NCBI GenBank assembly: GCA_964386565.1
Contig: CAYLRU010000002.1
Span: forward strand, 10,704 to 74,703
Reading direction: 5' to 3'
From: an uncultured Desulfobacteraceae bacterium
GTDB lineage: Bacteria > Desulfobacterota > Desulfobacteria > Desulfobacterales > UBA5616
DNA: 64,000 nt
A model generated the notes under the pieces. It did no database searches, had not been told where the DNA came from, and worked only from the letters and a program-made list of their open reading frames with translations. This document shows positions 11,930-22,078 of the stretch, piece after piece. The position numbers and the translations under genes are program-made. How positions within the stretch are numbered: position 1 is the stretch's first letter; every line of letters begins with the position of its first letter.

Positions 11930-14533
11930 TTAAACAACAATATTCACCAGCTTGTCCTTTACCACGATCACCTTTCTTATGGGTTTGTTTTCGATAAACT
12001 TCCGCACCCGCTCATCGGAAAGGGCGGTCTGCCTGATGCTGTCTTCATCTGTGCCCGCCGGAACATCAAACCGGCTCCGGAGTTTCCCGTTCACCTGGAC
12101 AACGATGGTCAGTTCATCTTCCTTTAAGGCGTCTTTACGAAATGTGGGCCACTGGGCCTTCACCACGGTGTCGGCGTTTCCCAATTCCCGCCAGAGTTCC
12201 TCTGCAATGTGGGGAACGATGGGGGACAGCAGCAGCACGACGGTTTCCAGCGTGAATTTCACGACACCCCGGTCAACGGCTGAGGCGCCCTCGATGTCAA
12301 TGCTGTACAGAACGTTGACCAGTTCCATCACCGCGCTGATGGCGGTATTGAAGTGAAGGCGGTCCTCGATATCCCGGGTAACCCTGAAGACGGTCTGATG
12401 GGCCTTTTTATAAATTTCCTTGAATTCGCCCTCAACCGCATCCGGACTGCCGGTAAACGGCTCAACACCTTTTAAAAACGGCGTCAGCCTTTCCGCCAGA
12501 CGCCACACGCGGTTCAAGAAACGATAACTGCCTTCCACGCCCTTTTCGCTCCACTCCAGATCCCTTTCCGGCGGTGCGGCAAAAAGACAAAACAGTCGGG
12601 TGGTATCCGCACCGTATCTTTTTAAGAGAACATTGGGATCAATGACGTTTTTTTTGGACTTGGACATTTTTTCCACGCGGCCAACGGTGACGGGCTTCCG
12701 GCATTTTGAACAAACCCGCCCGTCTTTTCCAGTGTCCACTTCTTCCGGGTACAGATACCCGTGTTCCGTACAGGAAACCGTCTCCTTGCACACCATTCCC
12801 TGCGTCAACAGGCGGGTAAACGGTTCCTTGAATCTTACCAACCCCATATCGTTTAACACCCGGGTGAAATAGCGGGAATACAGCAAGTGCAGGATGGCAT
12901 GCTCCACACCGCCGATATAATGGTCCACGGGCATCCAGTAATCAACGTCCCTGGGATCGAAAATGCCTTTGTCGAATTTCGGGCTGCAGTACCGCTCAAA
13001 ATACCATGAGGATTCCACAAATGTATCCATGGTATCTGTTTCCCTTTTTGCATCCGGTCGTCCGCATGCAGGGCAGACGGTTTTCTTAAAGTATTCCAGT
13101 TCCGGTAACGGAGACCGTCCTCCGGCCAGTAAATCCGCATTTTCGGGAAGCAGGATGGGCAGGTCGGATTCAGGCGCCGGAACAATCCCGCAATCCGGGC
13201 AATGAATCATGGGAATGGGCGCTCCCCAATAACGTTGCCGGGATATTCCCCAGTCCTTCAGCCGGAAATTGACCGAGCGTTCGCCCAGACCTTTTTTTTC
13301 CAGATAGGCGACAACGGCCTCTTTTGCATCGGCGCTGTTCATGCCGTTGAACGGACCTGAATTAACCATTACCCCTTCATCCACATAGGCTTCCGTCATG
13401 GTATTTGCATCAAGGGGCTCTTTCGGGGAATCCACCACCACGACAATATCCAGTCCGTATTTTTTCGCAAAATCAAAATCCCGCTGATCATGCGCCGGAA
13501 CCGACATCACGGCGCCGGTTCCGTATTCCATCAAGGCAAAATTTGCCGTATAAATGGGCATCTGCCGACCGGTTACGGGATTTATGCAATATGCGCCGAT
13601 AAATACGCCTTCTTTTTCATACTGGTCTATTGCCTGCTGGGATCGATCCTGCAAGGAAATTTTATCCACGAATTCCAGGACCACCTCTTTTTGTTCCGTA
13701 TTTTCCGACAGGTCTGCAACCAGGGGATGTTCAGGAGCCAGGCACATGAACGTGGCCCCGAATACGGTATCCGGACGGGTGGTAAATACGGTGATGGCTT
13801 CGTCAACACCCTCCGGAGGGTTTAAAATGTGAAACCGGATCTTTGCCCCAATGCTTTTTCCGATCCAGTTTTTCTGCATGGACATCACTTTTTCGGGCCA
13901 GCCGGGTAATTGATCGCAGTATTCCAACAGGTCCTGGGCATAGTCGGTAATTCGGAAAAACCACTGGGAGAGTTTCTTCTGACGGACCGGCTTTCCGCAA
14001 CGCCAGCACATCCCGGCCTCCACCTGCTCATTGGCCAGGACCGTCTGGCAGGGTTCGCACCAGTTAACGTAGGATTCCTTTCGATAGGCCATGTTCTTTT
14101 CATACATCTTGAGAAAAAGCCACTGCTCCCAGCGGTAATAATCCGGTTTACAGGTAGCGATCTCCCGGTCCCAGTCATATGAAAATCCAAGCTCCTTTAA
14201 CTGGGACCGCATGGCATCGATATTGTCATACGTCCATTTTGCCGGATGGGTATTGTTTGCGATAGCCGCATTTTCCGCAGGCATGCCGAATGCATCCCAT
14301 CCCATGGGGTGAAGAACATTATAACCCTGCATTGTTTTGTACCGGGCGATGACATCGCCGATGGTGTAATTCCGCACATGCCCCATGTGGATCTTGCCCG
14401 ACGGATAGGGAAACATCTCCATCAGGTAATATTTTTCCTTTTGATCGTCCGCCTTCACTTTGAACAGCTTATGGTCTTCCCAGTACTGCTGCCATTTGGG
14501 TTCGATTTTCTTTGGATCATATTTATCGTCCAT
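11930..14533 (-). CDS. leuS: Leucine--tRNA ligase
   Basis: FPYPSG, HMGH, VFTTRPDT editing domain, GTGAVM, KMSKS, VQVNGKLR. Confidence 0.99.
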   Translation of the reverse strand: MDDKYDPKKIEPKWQQYWEDHKLFKVKADDQKEKYYLMEMFPYPSGKIHMGHVRNYTIGDVIARYKTMQGYNVLHPMGWDAFGMPAENAAIANNTHPAKWTYDNIDAMRSQLKELGFSYDWDREIATCKPDYYRWEQWLFLKMYEKNMAYRKESYVNWCEPCQTVLANEQVEAGMCWRCGKPVRQKKLSQWFFRITDYAQDLLEYCDQLPGWPEKVMSMQKNWIGKSIGAKIRFHILNPPEGVDEAITVFTTRPDTVFGATFMCLAPEHPLVADLSENTEQKEVVLEFVDKISLQDRSQQAIDQYEKEGVFIGAYCINPVTGRQMPIYTANFALMEYGTGAVMSVPAHDQRDFDFAKKYGLDIVVVVDSPKEPLDANTMTEAYVDEGVMVNSGPFNGMNSADAKEAVVAYLEKKGLGERSVNFRLKDWGISRQRYWGAPIPMIHCPDCGIVPAPESDLPILLPENADLLAGGRSPLPELEYFKKTVCPACGRPDAKRETDTMDTFVESSWYFERYCSPKFDKGIFDPRDVDYWMPVDHYIGGVEHAILHLLYSRYFTRVLNDMGLVRFKEPFTRLLTQGMVCKETVSCTEHGYLYPEEVDTGKDGRVCSKCRKPVTVGRVEKMSKSKKNVIDPNVLLKRYGADTTRLFCLFAAPPERDLEWSEKGVEGSYRFLNRVWRLAERLTPFLKGVEPFTGSPDAVEGEFKEIYKKAHQTVFRVTRDIEDRLHFNTAISAVMELVNVLYSIDIEGASAVDRGVVKFTLETVVLLLSPIVPHIAEELWRELGNADTVVKAQWPTFRKDALKEDELTIVVQVNGKLRSRFDVPAGTDEDSIRQTALSDERVRKFIENKPIRKVIVVKDKLVNIVV

Positions 14534-14858
14534 TCAACCGGTGTACCTCCGTTTTTTTAAAAAAGGCAAGAAAACAAGGCGCCGGGGAACAGCATACGGC
14601 TTAAGTCCCGATACCCGATTCCCAGCATTAACCGCCCTTTTGCCACAATACGCCCCAAAGATCAAGACAGACTGTGTGGGCGGAATTTGCGTCTTTGGCC
14701 GGCTGTTCCAAAAATCGTTTGACTTGTACCGGACAATTGCTTATTTAGGCAAAAAAACCAACTGTTGCGATTTTCTGCAACCTTCAACAATCACCCCAAA
14801 TGCGGGTTATTGTCCAGTTATTTGACGATAATCTGTTTTTTTTCGTATCGGAAATTTT

Positions 14859-16322
14859 ATGACAACAAAAATATTGATAAATGCCGGCGATCCCGAAGAA
14901 TGCCGAATCGCCAAAGTTAAGGACAACAAGCTGATGGAGTTCCATATTGAAAGCGCCGCTAAGGAAATCACCCACGGCAACATCTATAAAGGTGTGGTTT
15001 CCCGGATAGAACCGGCGCTTCAAGCAGCATTCATCGAATACGGTGCGGAACGCAATGGTTTCCTGCAGAAGAATGAGATTCATAATGATTATTTTCAGGA
15101 AGATGTCTCATACAATCAATCCATTCAGCAGATGTTGAAACGCGGGCAGGAACTCATGGTCCAGGTTACAAAAGATCCTGTCATGAAAAAAGGCGCCATG
15201 CTCACCACGTTCATATCCCTTGCCGGACGATTTATTGTGCTCATGCCGGGAAGCGAAACCAGGGGCATATCCCGAAAAATCGAAGATGAAGATGAGCGTA
15301 AGCGGTTGAAGAATATCCTGAGCACGCTGAGAATTCCCGAAGATTTCGGCGTCATCATCAGGACAGCGGGCGTAAACTGCACCAAAACGGCCATCACCAG
15401 AGACCTTTCATATCTAATGCGATTGTGGAAAACCATCAAGAACGAGGTCATGAAAACACCGGCTCCGGCCCTATTACACAAGGAACGGAACCTGGTCCTG
15501 CGGTCCCTTCGGGACTATTTCACGCCGGATGTTACGGAAATTCTCATCGATGATGTGGTAAAGTTCAAGGAAGCCAAGGAATTCATAAAAATCATATCTC
15601 CCAAACATACGAAAGTCGTCAAACATTACAGCGGCGAAAAACCTATTTTTTCAAAACATCAACTGGAACAGCAAATCGCTTCCATCTATGAAAACCGTGT
15701 CAATCTGAAATCCGGCGGTTCCATCGTCATAGAACAGACCGAAGCCATGGTTTCCATCGATGTCAATTCGGGCAAGGCCACGGGTCAGAAATCCATCGAG
15801 GGAACAGCCTTTCAGACAAACCTGGAAGCAGCCGAAGAGATTGCCCGGCAGCTTCGTATCCGGGACCTGGGGGGCCTGATCGTCATCGATTTTATCGACA
15901 TGAAAGACAACAAACACAAGACCAGCGTTGAAAAAGCATTAAGAAACCATGTAAAAACCGACAAGGCCAAAACCAAGATCGGAAAATTGTCAAAATTCGG
16001 TCTGATCGAAATGTCAAGACAGCGTATCCGGCCTTCCATCGAATACGGCGGTTATATCCCTTGCGACCATTGCAACGGCAAGGGAACACGCCCGTCCGTC
16101 GAAACCCTGGGCATACGGTTCTTAAGAAAGTTAAGCATGGAAACGCTGAAAGATGATCTGAAAACCGTCAAGGGGATATTGCCCACGGAAGTGGCCTATT
16201 ATCTGCTGAACAAAAAACGAAAAGAGATCATGGAACTGGAAATCCAGCGGAATTTAAACATTATTATTTCATCAGACAGCGCCATGCTCCCAGGTGACAG
16301 CCGGATTATCTGCGACAAATAA
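14859..16322 (+). CDS. Ribonuclease E/G family, catalytic domain only
   Basis: S1 domain GNIYKG, IDVNSG, TNLEAAEEIARQLRIRDLGGLIVIDFIDM, Zn-link CDHC; no long C-terminal scaffold. Confidence 0.95.
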   Translation: MTTKILINAGDPEECRIAKVKDNKLMEFHIESAAKEITHGNIYKGVVSRIEPALQAAFIEYGAERNGFLQKNEIHNDYFQEDVSYNQSIQQMLKRGQELMVQVTKDPVMKKGAMLTTFISLAGRFIVLMPGSETRGISRKIEDEDERKRLKNILSTLRIPEDFGVIIRTAGVNCTKTAITRDLSYLMRLWKTIKNEVMKTPAPALLHKERNLVLRSLRDYFTPDVTEILIDDVVKFKEAKEFIKIISPKHTKVVKHYSGEKPIFSKHQLEQQIASIYENRVNLKSGGSIVIEQTEAMVSIDVNSGKATGQKSIEGTAFQTNLEAAEEIARQLRIRDLGGLIVIDFIDMKDNKHKTSVEKALRNHVKTDKAKTKIGKLSKFGLIEMSRQRIRPSIEYGGYIPCDHCNGKGTRPSVETLGIRFLRKLSMETLKDDLKTVKGILPTEVAYYLLNKKRKEIMELEIQRNLNIIISSDSAMLPGDSRIICDK

Positions 16323-16635
16323 TTCGCCGGTGCCCTGCATACCGATTTGGCGTGGTATGGAAAAAGGGCAGACAACGGGCCAGCCCCTCAATTTTATATT
16401 TCGGGGCCTGCTTTTTTAAATTTCCCGCTTGGCACGATTATCCCCATTTCTCACCAGTGGGCCACTGTTCAGTAAAAAAATAATCCCGGTAATATTGACA
16501 CACCCGGCAGTTTCTTGTAACAGTGTCTTCGCCGCTGATTCGGCCCATAAACAACAGGATATGATACAACCTGTTAAATTTATATAAAATTAACTAACCA
16601 GACATTGCCGGAAGGCGATCACATAGTGTGATACC

Positions 16636-17400
16636 ATGCCCCCCCGAAAATCGAATAAATCCCGATTCTTTCCAGCTTTTGCAATCATTATGGCATTAGG
16701 CGCTGGAATTGCCGTTTATTTCAGCTTTTTGAGCAAACCGTCCAACATACCGGATACACCTGTAATCCTTGAAAGGACGCAGCCGGTTCCCGAATCTTCG
16801 CCGGTCATCGATTACAACGAACTGGAAACAGACCAGGAGATGAAAGCCCTGATGGCGGACAGAAAAGCCGAATTCGGCGTGGACAAAGGAATCGACATCA
16901 TCGCCAAACCGGACGAAACCTTAAAAGTGGGGGATACCACCGTTTCCATGCGGGAAATTCTGGACAAAATCCGACTCAAAGAGGGGGGTATCGTTGAAGA
17001 CACCCTGAATGCCGACGGTACGGCCGACCGGTCATATGGCGGTACATACGGGATATACGTCGTTCAACCAGCCGACAATATATGGAATATTCATTTTAAA
17101 TTCCTTCAGGATTATTTTAAGCACAAGGGCATTTCACTCTCACCCTTATCCGATGAGCCCAATATGAACGGATACAGCTCAGGCGTGGGAAAAGTGTTGA
17201 AGTTTTCCGAAAACATGGTCCATATTTACAACCTGAAAGAAAAAAAGCTGGATGCGGATCTGGACCTGATCTATCCATTAAATAAAATCATCGTTTATAA
17301 CATGGACAGGGTATTTTCCCTTCTTGACCGGATCGACTACGCTAATGTAAATCGGATTCAATTCGACGGTGAAACCCTGTGGATCCCGGCCAGGCAGTGA
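16636..17400 (+). CDS. Membrane-anchored hypothetical protein with split LysM-like motifs
   Basis: Single N-terminal TM; YVVQPADNIWNI, later DLIYP and terminal LWIP. Confidence 0.75.
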   Translation: MPPRKSNKSRFFPAFAIIMALGAGIAVYFSFLSKPSNIPDTPVILERTQPVPESSPVIDYNELETDQEMKALMADRKAEFGVDKGIDIIAKPDETLKVGDTTVSMREILDKIRLKEGGIVEDTLNADGTADRSYGGTYGIYVVQPADNIWNIHFKFLQDYFKHKGISLSPLSDEPNMNGYSSGVGKVLKFSENMVHIYNLKEKKLDADLDLIYPLNKIIVYNMDRVFSLLDRIDYANVNRIQFDGETLWIPARQ

Positions 17401-17487
17401 GACGGCCGATTTTTTTAACCGTTGCGGCAAAAAGGGGAAGCGATTGCAACATGTTGACGTGGTATGGTTGAACAGAAAGGCACGGAC

Positions 17488-18783
17488 ATGATCAAACGAT
17501 ACAGCCGAAAAGAAATGGCAACTCTCTGGACGGATGAAAATAAATACCGGACATGGCTTAAAGTAGAAATTCTGGTATGCGAGGCCATGGCGAAACTGGG
17601 AAAAATTCCCCAAACAGCAGTGGACATCATAAAAGAAAGGGCGGACTTCTCCATAGAGCGAATCGAGGAAATCGAGGCTGAAAGCAAACACGACGTCATC
17701 GCCTTTTTAACCAACGTGGCCGAACACGTGGGGCCGGAATCCCGATTCATCCACCTGGGTCTGACGTCCTCCGATATTCTGGATACCGCCATGGCCTGCC
17801 TTCTGCGTCAGGCCGGGCAGATCATCTTAAAAGACATTGACCGCCTCCTGAACGTTATCCGGAAAAAGGCATTTGAACATAAAGACACCGTGATGGTGGG
17901 CAGGTCCCACGGTATCCATGCGGAACCCATTACCTTCGGCCACAAAATGGCGGTATGGTACGACGAAATGAACCGCAATAAAAAACGAATCCAAAGCGGC
18001 GTGGATTCCGTCAGTTTCGGAAAAATATCCGGCGCCGTGGGCACATTCGCCAATATTCCGCCGGAAATCGAGGCCTATGTCTGTAAAAAACTCGATCTTA
18101 AACCGGCACCGGTCTCCACACAGATCATTCAGCGTGACCGCTATGCCGAATTTTTTACCGCTCTGGCCATTACCGCCTCTTCCATTGAAAAAATGGCAGT
18201 GGAAATACGCCATCTGCAGCGAACGGAAGTTCTGGAGGTCGAAGAATATTTTTCAAAAGGGCAAAAGGGGTCATCCGCCATGCCGCATAAACGAAACCCC
18301 ATCGGTTCGGAAAATATGAGCGGAATCGCCCGGCTTGTCCGATCATACGCACTGGCCGCACTTGAAAACATCCCGCTGTGGCACGAACGGGACATCAGCC
18401 ACTCATCCGTGGAACGGGTGATTGCCCCGGACGCCACGATTCTCATGAACTACATGTTGAACAGATTTGCCGGTATCGTTGAAAAACTGGTGGTCTACCC
18501 GGATAACATGTTGAAGAATCTTGATCGTCTGAACGGACTGATCTTCTCCCAGCAGATTCTTCTGGCATTGGCCGAATCCGGGGTAAGCCGGGAAGATGCC
18601 TATAAAATGGTCCAGGCCCGGGCCATGCAGGTATGGGAAAATAATGAGGATTTCAAGACCCTGATCTTAAACGACAAAACCATAGGAAACCATCTGAGCC
18701 GGGAAAAAATTGAAGAAATATTTGACGTCAAGTATCATTTAAAGTATATCAGCGCCATTTTTGATCGTGTATTTAATACGTGA
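17488..18783 (+). CDS. purB: Adenylosuccinate lyase
   Basis: MIKRYSR, HLGLTSSD, GRSHGIHAEP, SSAMPHKRNP signature. Confidence 0.98.
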   Translation: MIKRYSRKEMATLWTDENKYRTWLKVEILVCEAMAKLGKIPQTAVDIIKERADFSIERIEEIEAESKHDVIAFLTNVAEHVGPESRFIHLGLTSSDILDTAMACLLRQAGQIILKDIDRLLNVIRKKAFEHKDTVMVGRSHGIHAEPITFGHKMAVWYDEMNRNKKRIQSGVDSVSFGKISGAVGTFANIPPEIEAYVCKKLDLKPAPVSTQIIQRDRYAEFFTALAITASSIEKMAVEIRHLQRTEVLEVEEYFSKGQKGSSAMPHKRNPIGSENMSGIARLVRSYALAALENIPLWHERDISHSSVERVIAPDATILMNYMLNRFAGIVEKLVVYPDNMLKNLDRLNGLIFSQQILLALAESGVSREDAYKMVQARAMQVWENNEDFKTLILNDKTIGNHLSREKIEEIFDVKYHLKYISAIFDRVFNT

Positions 18784-18903
18784 TGTGGGTTGAGCGTTTC
18801 GGGTTTTTCCTTGCCGCAAAAGCCGCTACCCATAACCGGCAGGGTATCAACCGCAACAGATGAACTCACAGACAAGCACCGTAAGATATAAAGGAGGTAT
18901 GAC

Positions 18904-19263
18904 TTGGTGAACATCGCATACGCCATGGGACAAAGCGGAGCAGGCGGACAGGCAGGGGGAGGTTTAACGGCGTTTATCCCACTGATTCTCATGTTCGTCA
19001 TTTTTTATTTTTTGCTGATTCGCCCCCAGCAAAAAAGAGCCAAAGAACATCGTGAAATGATCGGGAGCTTGAAAAAAGGGGACCGTATCATAACCACCGG
19101 CGGACTTCACGGCAGGATAACGGGCATGGATGATACCACGCTGACCGTTGAAATCTCAGACAAGGTTCGCGTGAAAATTTCACGCGGGAACATTTCTTCG
19201 GTGATTCGGCCGAATGACAAACCCCAGACGACCAAAAACGGTAAGGCCGTGGGAAAAAAATAA
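18904..19263 (+). CDS. yajC: Preprotein translocase subunit YajC
   Basis: FYFLLIRPQQKR, LKKGDRIITTGGLHG; strong AGGAGG SD. Confidence 0.96.
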   Translation: MVNIAYAMGQSGAGGQAGGGLTAFIPLILMFVIFYFLLIRPQQKRAKEHREMIGSLKKGDRIITTGGLHGRITGMDDTTLTVEISDKVRVKISRGNISSVIRPNDKPQTTKNGKAVGKK

Positions 19264-19364
19264 TCTTATTTCATGTTTCCCGGCATCCGGCACCGGGCAG
19301 TGCAAAACAATCGATAATTACACACCACTAACGTGAAGCGTTTACCTCAGAAAGGAATACAGCT

Positions 19365-20942
19365 TTGAAAAATCTTTCCTGGAGAACGATTTCAATTGCA
19401 GTTGTTCTCGTCGCAGCCATCGTTTATGTTCTTCCAACCATCAAACCGTCGATGTGGCCGCATAAAAGAATCAACCTGGGGCTGGATCTCCAGGGCGGCA
19501 TGCATCTGGTTTTGGAAGTGGATACACAAAAAGCCGTGGAAAGCACCGTGGAGCGCATCACCCAGGAAATCCGCGCGGTCTTTAGAAAAAAGAGGATCCG
19601 GATCACAAATATCGAAATAACCAAGGAACATGAAATTTATATCACCGTCAGCGGGCAGGACAATATCGATGCCTGTTCCCGGGTGATAAAAGAAGAATTC
19701 CCGGATCTCACCGAAGTGGAAAGCAAAACAGAAGACGGTGTTTTTCAGGGCGCCTACGCATTGCCGTCAGACGAGATCAACCATATTAAAAAGATGGCCG
19801 TGGAACAGGCTCTGGAAACCATTCGAAACCGCATCGATCAATTCGGGGTAACCGAGCCGGATATCCGCAGGCAGGGGGAAAACCGGATTTTAATCCAGCT
19901 TGCCGGCATAAAGGACACCCAGCGCGCCAAAGAACTCATCGGCAAAACAGCGTTGCTTGAATTCAAGCTGGTGGACGAAACGCACAGCGTGGATACGGCC
20001 CTTAAGGGAAGCATTCCGCCGGGCAGTGAAATTTTATACCAGACAACCATCAATCCGTCCACCGGGCGGTCCACAAAAAGACCTTATCTGATCAAAAAAC
20101 GGACGATCCTGACGGGCGCTTACCTGACCAACGCCAGGGTGCAGTTTGACTCCCAGTTCAACGAACCTTATGTAAGCATTGAATTCGACAGGAAAGGCGC
20201 CAGGATATTCGAACAGGTCACCGGAGAAAACGTGAAAAAAAGGCTCGCCATTGTACTGGATGACAAGGTCTATTCAGCACCGGTCATACAGGAAAAAATC
20301 AGTGGGGGCCAAGCCCGCATCACAGGAAATTTCACCCATGAAGAGGCAAGGGATCTTGCCATTGTACTTCGGGCAGGCGCCCTCCCCGCCCCGGTAAATA
20401 TCCTTGAAGAAAGAACCGTGGGGCCGTCGCTGGGAAGCGATTCCATCCGCAAGGGACTTTTCTCCATGATCATCGGCGGCATCCTCGTGGTATTCTTCAT
20501 GGCTCTCTATTATAAAGGTTCCGGGCTTATCGCCGACATCGCATTGGTTCTGAACATTCTGCTGATCGCTGCGGGTCTTGCCGGTTTTCAGGCAACCCTT
20601 ACCCTGCCGGGAATTGCCGGTATCATTCTGACCATCGGTATGGCGGTGGATGCCAACGTGTTGATATTCGAGCGCATCCGGGAAGAAATGAATCTGGGGA
20701 AAACACCGTTGGCGGCAGTAGATACCGGGTATGAACGGGCATCACTCACCATACTGGACGCAAACGTCACCACGCTCATCGCCGCACTCGTTTTATTTCA
20801 GTTCGGAACAGGGGCGGTCAAGGGATTTGCCGTAACCTTGAGCCTGGGCGTTATTGCAAGTCTTTTTACGGCGCTGATTTTCACCCGTTCGATTTTTGAA
20901 TATTTCCTGGTCAACCGAAAAATCAAAACCTTAAGCATATAG
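19365..20942 (+). CDS. secD: Protein translocase subunit SecD
   Basis: LGLDLQGG, RIDQFGVTEP, GPSLG, GMAVDANVLIFERIREE. Confidence 0.98.
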   Translation: MKNLSWRTISIAVVLVAAIVYVLPTIKPSMWPHKRINLGLDLQGGMHLVLEVDTQKAVESTVERITQEIRAVFRKKRIRITNIEITKEHEIYITVSGQDNIDACSRVIKEEFPDLTEVESKTEDGVFQGAYALPSDEINHIKKMAVEQALETIRNRIDQFGVTEPDIRRQGENRILIQLAGIKDTQRAKELIGKTALLEFKLVDETHSVDTALKGSIPPGSEILYQTTINPSTGRSTKRPYLIKKRTILTGAYLTNARVQFDSQFNEPYVSIEFDRKGARIFEQVTGENVKKRLAIVLDDKVYSAPVIQEKISGGQARITGNFTHEEARDLAIVLRAGALPAPVNILEERTVGPSLGSDSIRKGLFSMIIGGILVVFFMALYYKGSGLIADIALVLNILLIAAGLAGFQATLTLPGIAGIILTIGMAVDANVLIFERIREEMNLGKTPLAAVDTGYERASLTILDANVTTLIAALVLFQFGTGAVKGFAVTLSLGVIASLFTALIFTRSIFEYFLVNRKIKTLSI

Positions 20943-20970
20943 CCGTTAATCAACTGCAAAGGAAGCATAC

Positions 20971-22002
20971 ATGCAATTTATAAAACCTGATGTGAACATC
21001 AATTTTATCGGCAAACGAAATTTTGCCTATATTTTTTCCGCTGTCCTCATTCTGATCAGCATTGCCTCCCTGGTTGTCCATAAAGGTCCCAGATACGGTA
21101 TCGATTTTTCCGGCGGCACATTGGTCCAGGTTAAATTCGACACCACCGTTAAAGTTGAGGATATTAAAACCGGCCTTAAAGCCACCGGCCTTGATTCTTC
21201 GTCGGTTCAACATTTCGGTGAAAAAGCAGCCCATGAATATCTTATCCGGACCGATATTTCCCAGGACACCAATGAAGGATTCTCAACCCGTCTTGAAACC
21301 AACCTGTTTAACGCCACCGGAAGCAAAGTAGAGATCCGGAGGATAGAAATGGTCGGCCCCCAGGTGGGTAAGGATTTGCAGGAAAAAGCGCTTTTTGCCA
21401 TGTTTTTCGCCCTTTTGTTTATCACCATTTACATATCCGGCCGGTTTGAATTCAAATGGATGATCAGCGGCATCATGGCGGCGGCGTTAATGGGAGCGGT
21501 CTATCTCCTCTCCCTGTTTGACGTCAGCATCGCCTTTCTGATTGCAGCGGCACTTGTCGTCACCATTATCCTGTTCTGGTTTCTGGAGTTGAAATATGCC
21601 ATGGGTGCCATTGTCGCCATTATCCATGACGTTACCATCACCGTGGGCTTGTTTTCCATTTTCAACAAGGAGTTCACCTTGCCCATTATTGCAGCCCTGC
21701 TGACGATTATCGGATATTCACTAAACGACACCATTATCGTTTTTGACCGTATTCGCGAAAATTTAAAAAAATACCAGCGGTCTCCTCTGGACATCACTAT
21801 CAACAAAAGCATCAATGAAACACTCTCGCGGACCATTCTGACCTCTTTTACCACCCTGATCGTGGTATTGATGCTGTTTCTGTTCGGCGGCGGAATAATC
21901 CATGATTTTTCATTTGCCTTGCTTGTGGGCATCCTGGTGGGAACATATTCCTCCATTTTTGTCGCCAGTCCCATATTGCTGGCATGGCAAAAAAGAACCT
22001 AA
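20971..22002 (+). CDS. secF: Protein translocase subunit SecF
   Basis: GIDFSGG, VGPQVG, GYSLNDTIIVFDRIREN, GTYSSIFVASP. Confidence 0.97.
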   Translation: MQFIKPDVNINFIGKRNFAYIFSAVLILISIASLVVHKGPRYGIDFSGGTLVQVKFDTTVKVEDIKTGLKATGLDSSSVQHFGEKAAHEYLIRTDISQDTNEGFSTRLETNLFNATGSKVEIRRIEMVGPQVGKDLQEKALFAMFFALLFITIYISGRFEFKWMISGIMAAALMGAVYLLSLFDVSIAFLIAAALVVTIILFWFLELKYAMGAIVAIIHDVTITVGLFSIFNKEFTLPIIAALLTIIGYSLNDTIIVFDRIRENLKKYQRSPLDITINKSINETLSRTILTSFTTLIVVLMLFLFGGGIIHDFSFALLVGILVGTYSSIFVASPILLAWQKRT

Positions 22003-22013
22003 ACGGTTAACGA

Positions 22014-22046
22014 TCCCTGCGGTTCCCAAATGAAGGGACTGCGGGA
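22014..22046 (+). terminator. Possible terminator hairpin after secF
   Basis: Imperfect GC-rich stem TCCCTGCGGTTCCC / GGGACTGCGGGA just after the stop; weak U tract. Confidence 0.4.
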
Positions 22047-22078
22047 GATGATTTTGCTCCTGCGTCTGATTTTACGCC

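Noticed and set aside
14534-14858. T-box leader upstream of leuS
   Set aside because: No TGGNACCGCG T-box or terminator/antiterminator pair was seen.
16429-16445. sigma54 promoter TTGGCACGATTATCCC
   Set aside because: Good -24 element but no TTGC at -12.
18784-18903. Absence of queA-tgt before yajC and weak pairing in the spacer
   Set aside because: This gene order is often broken and the helices are short enough to be chance.
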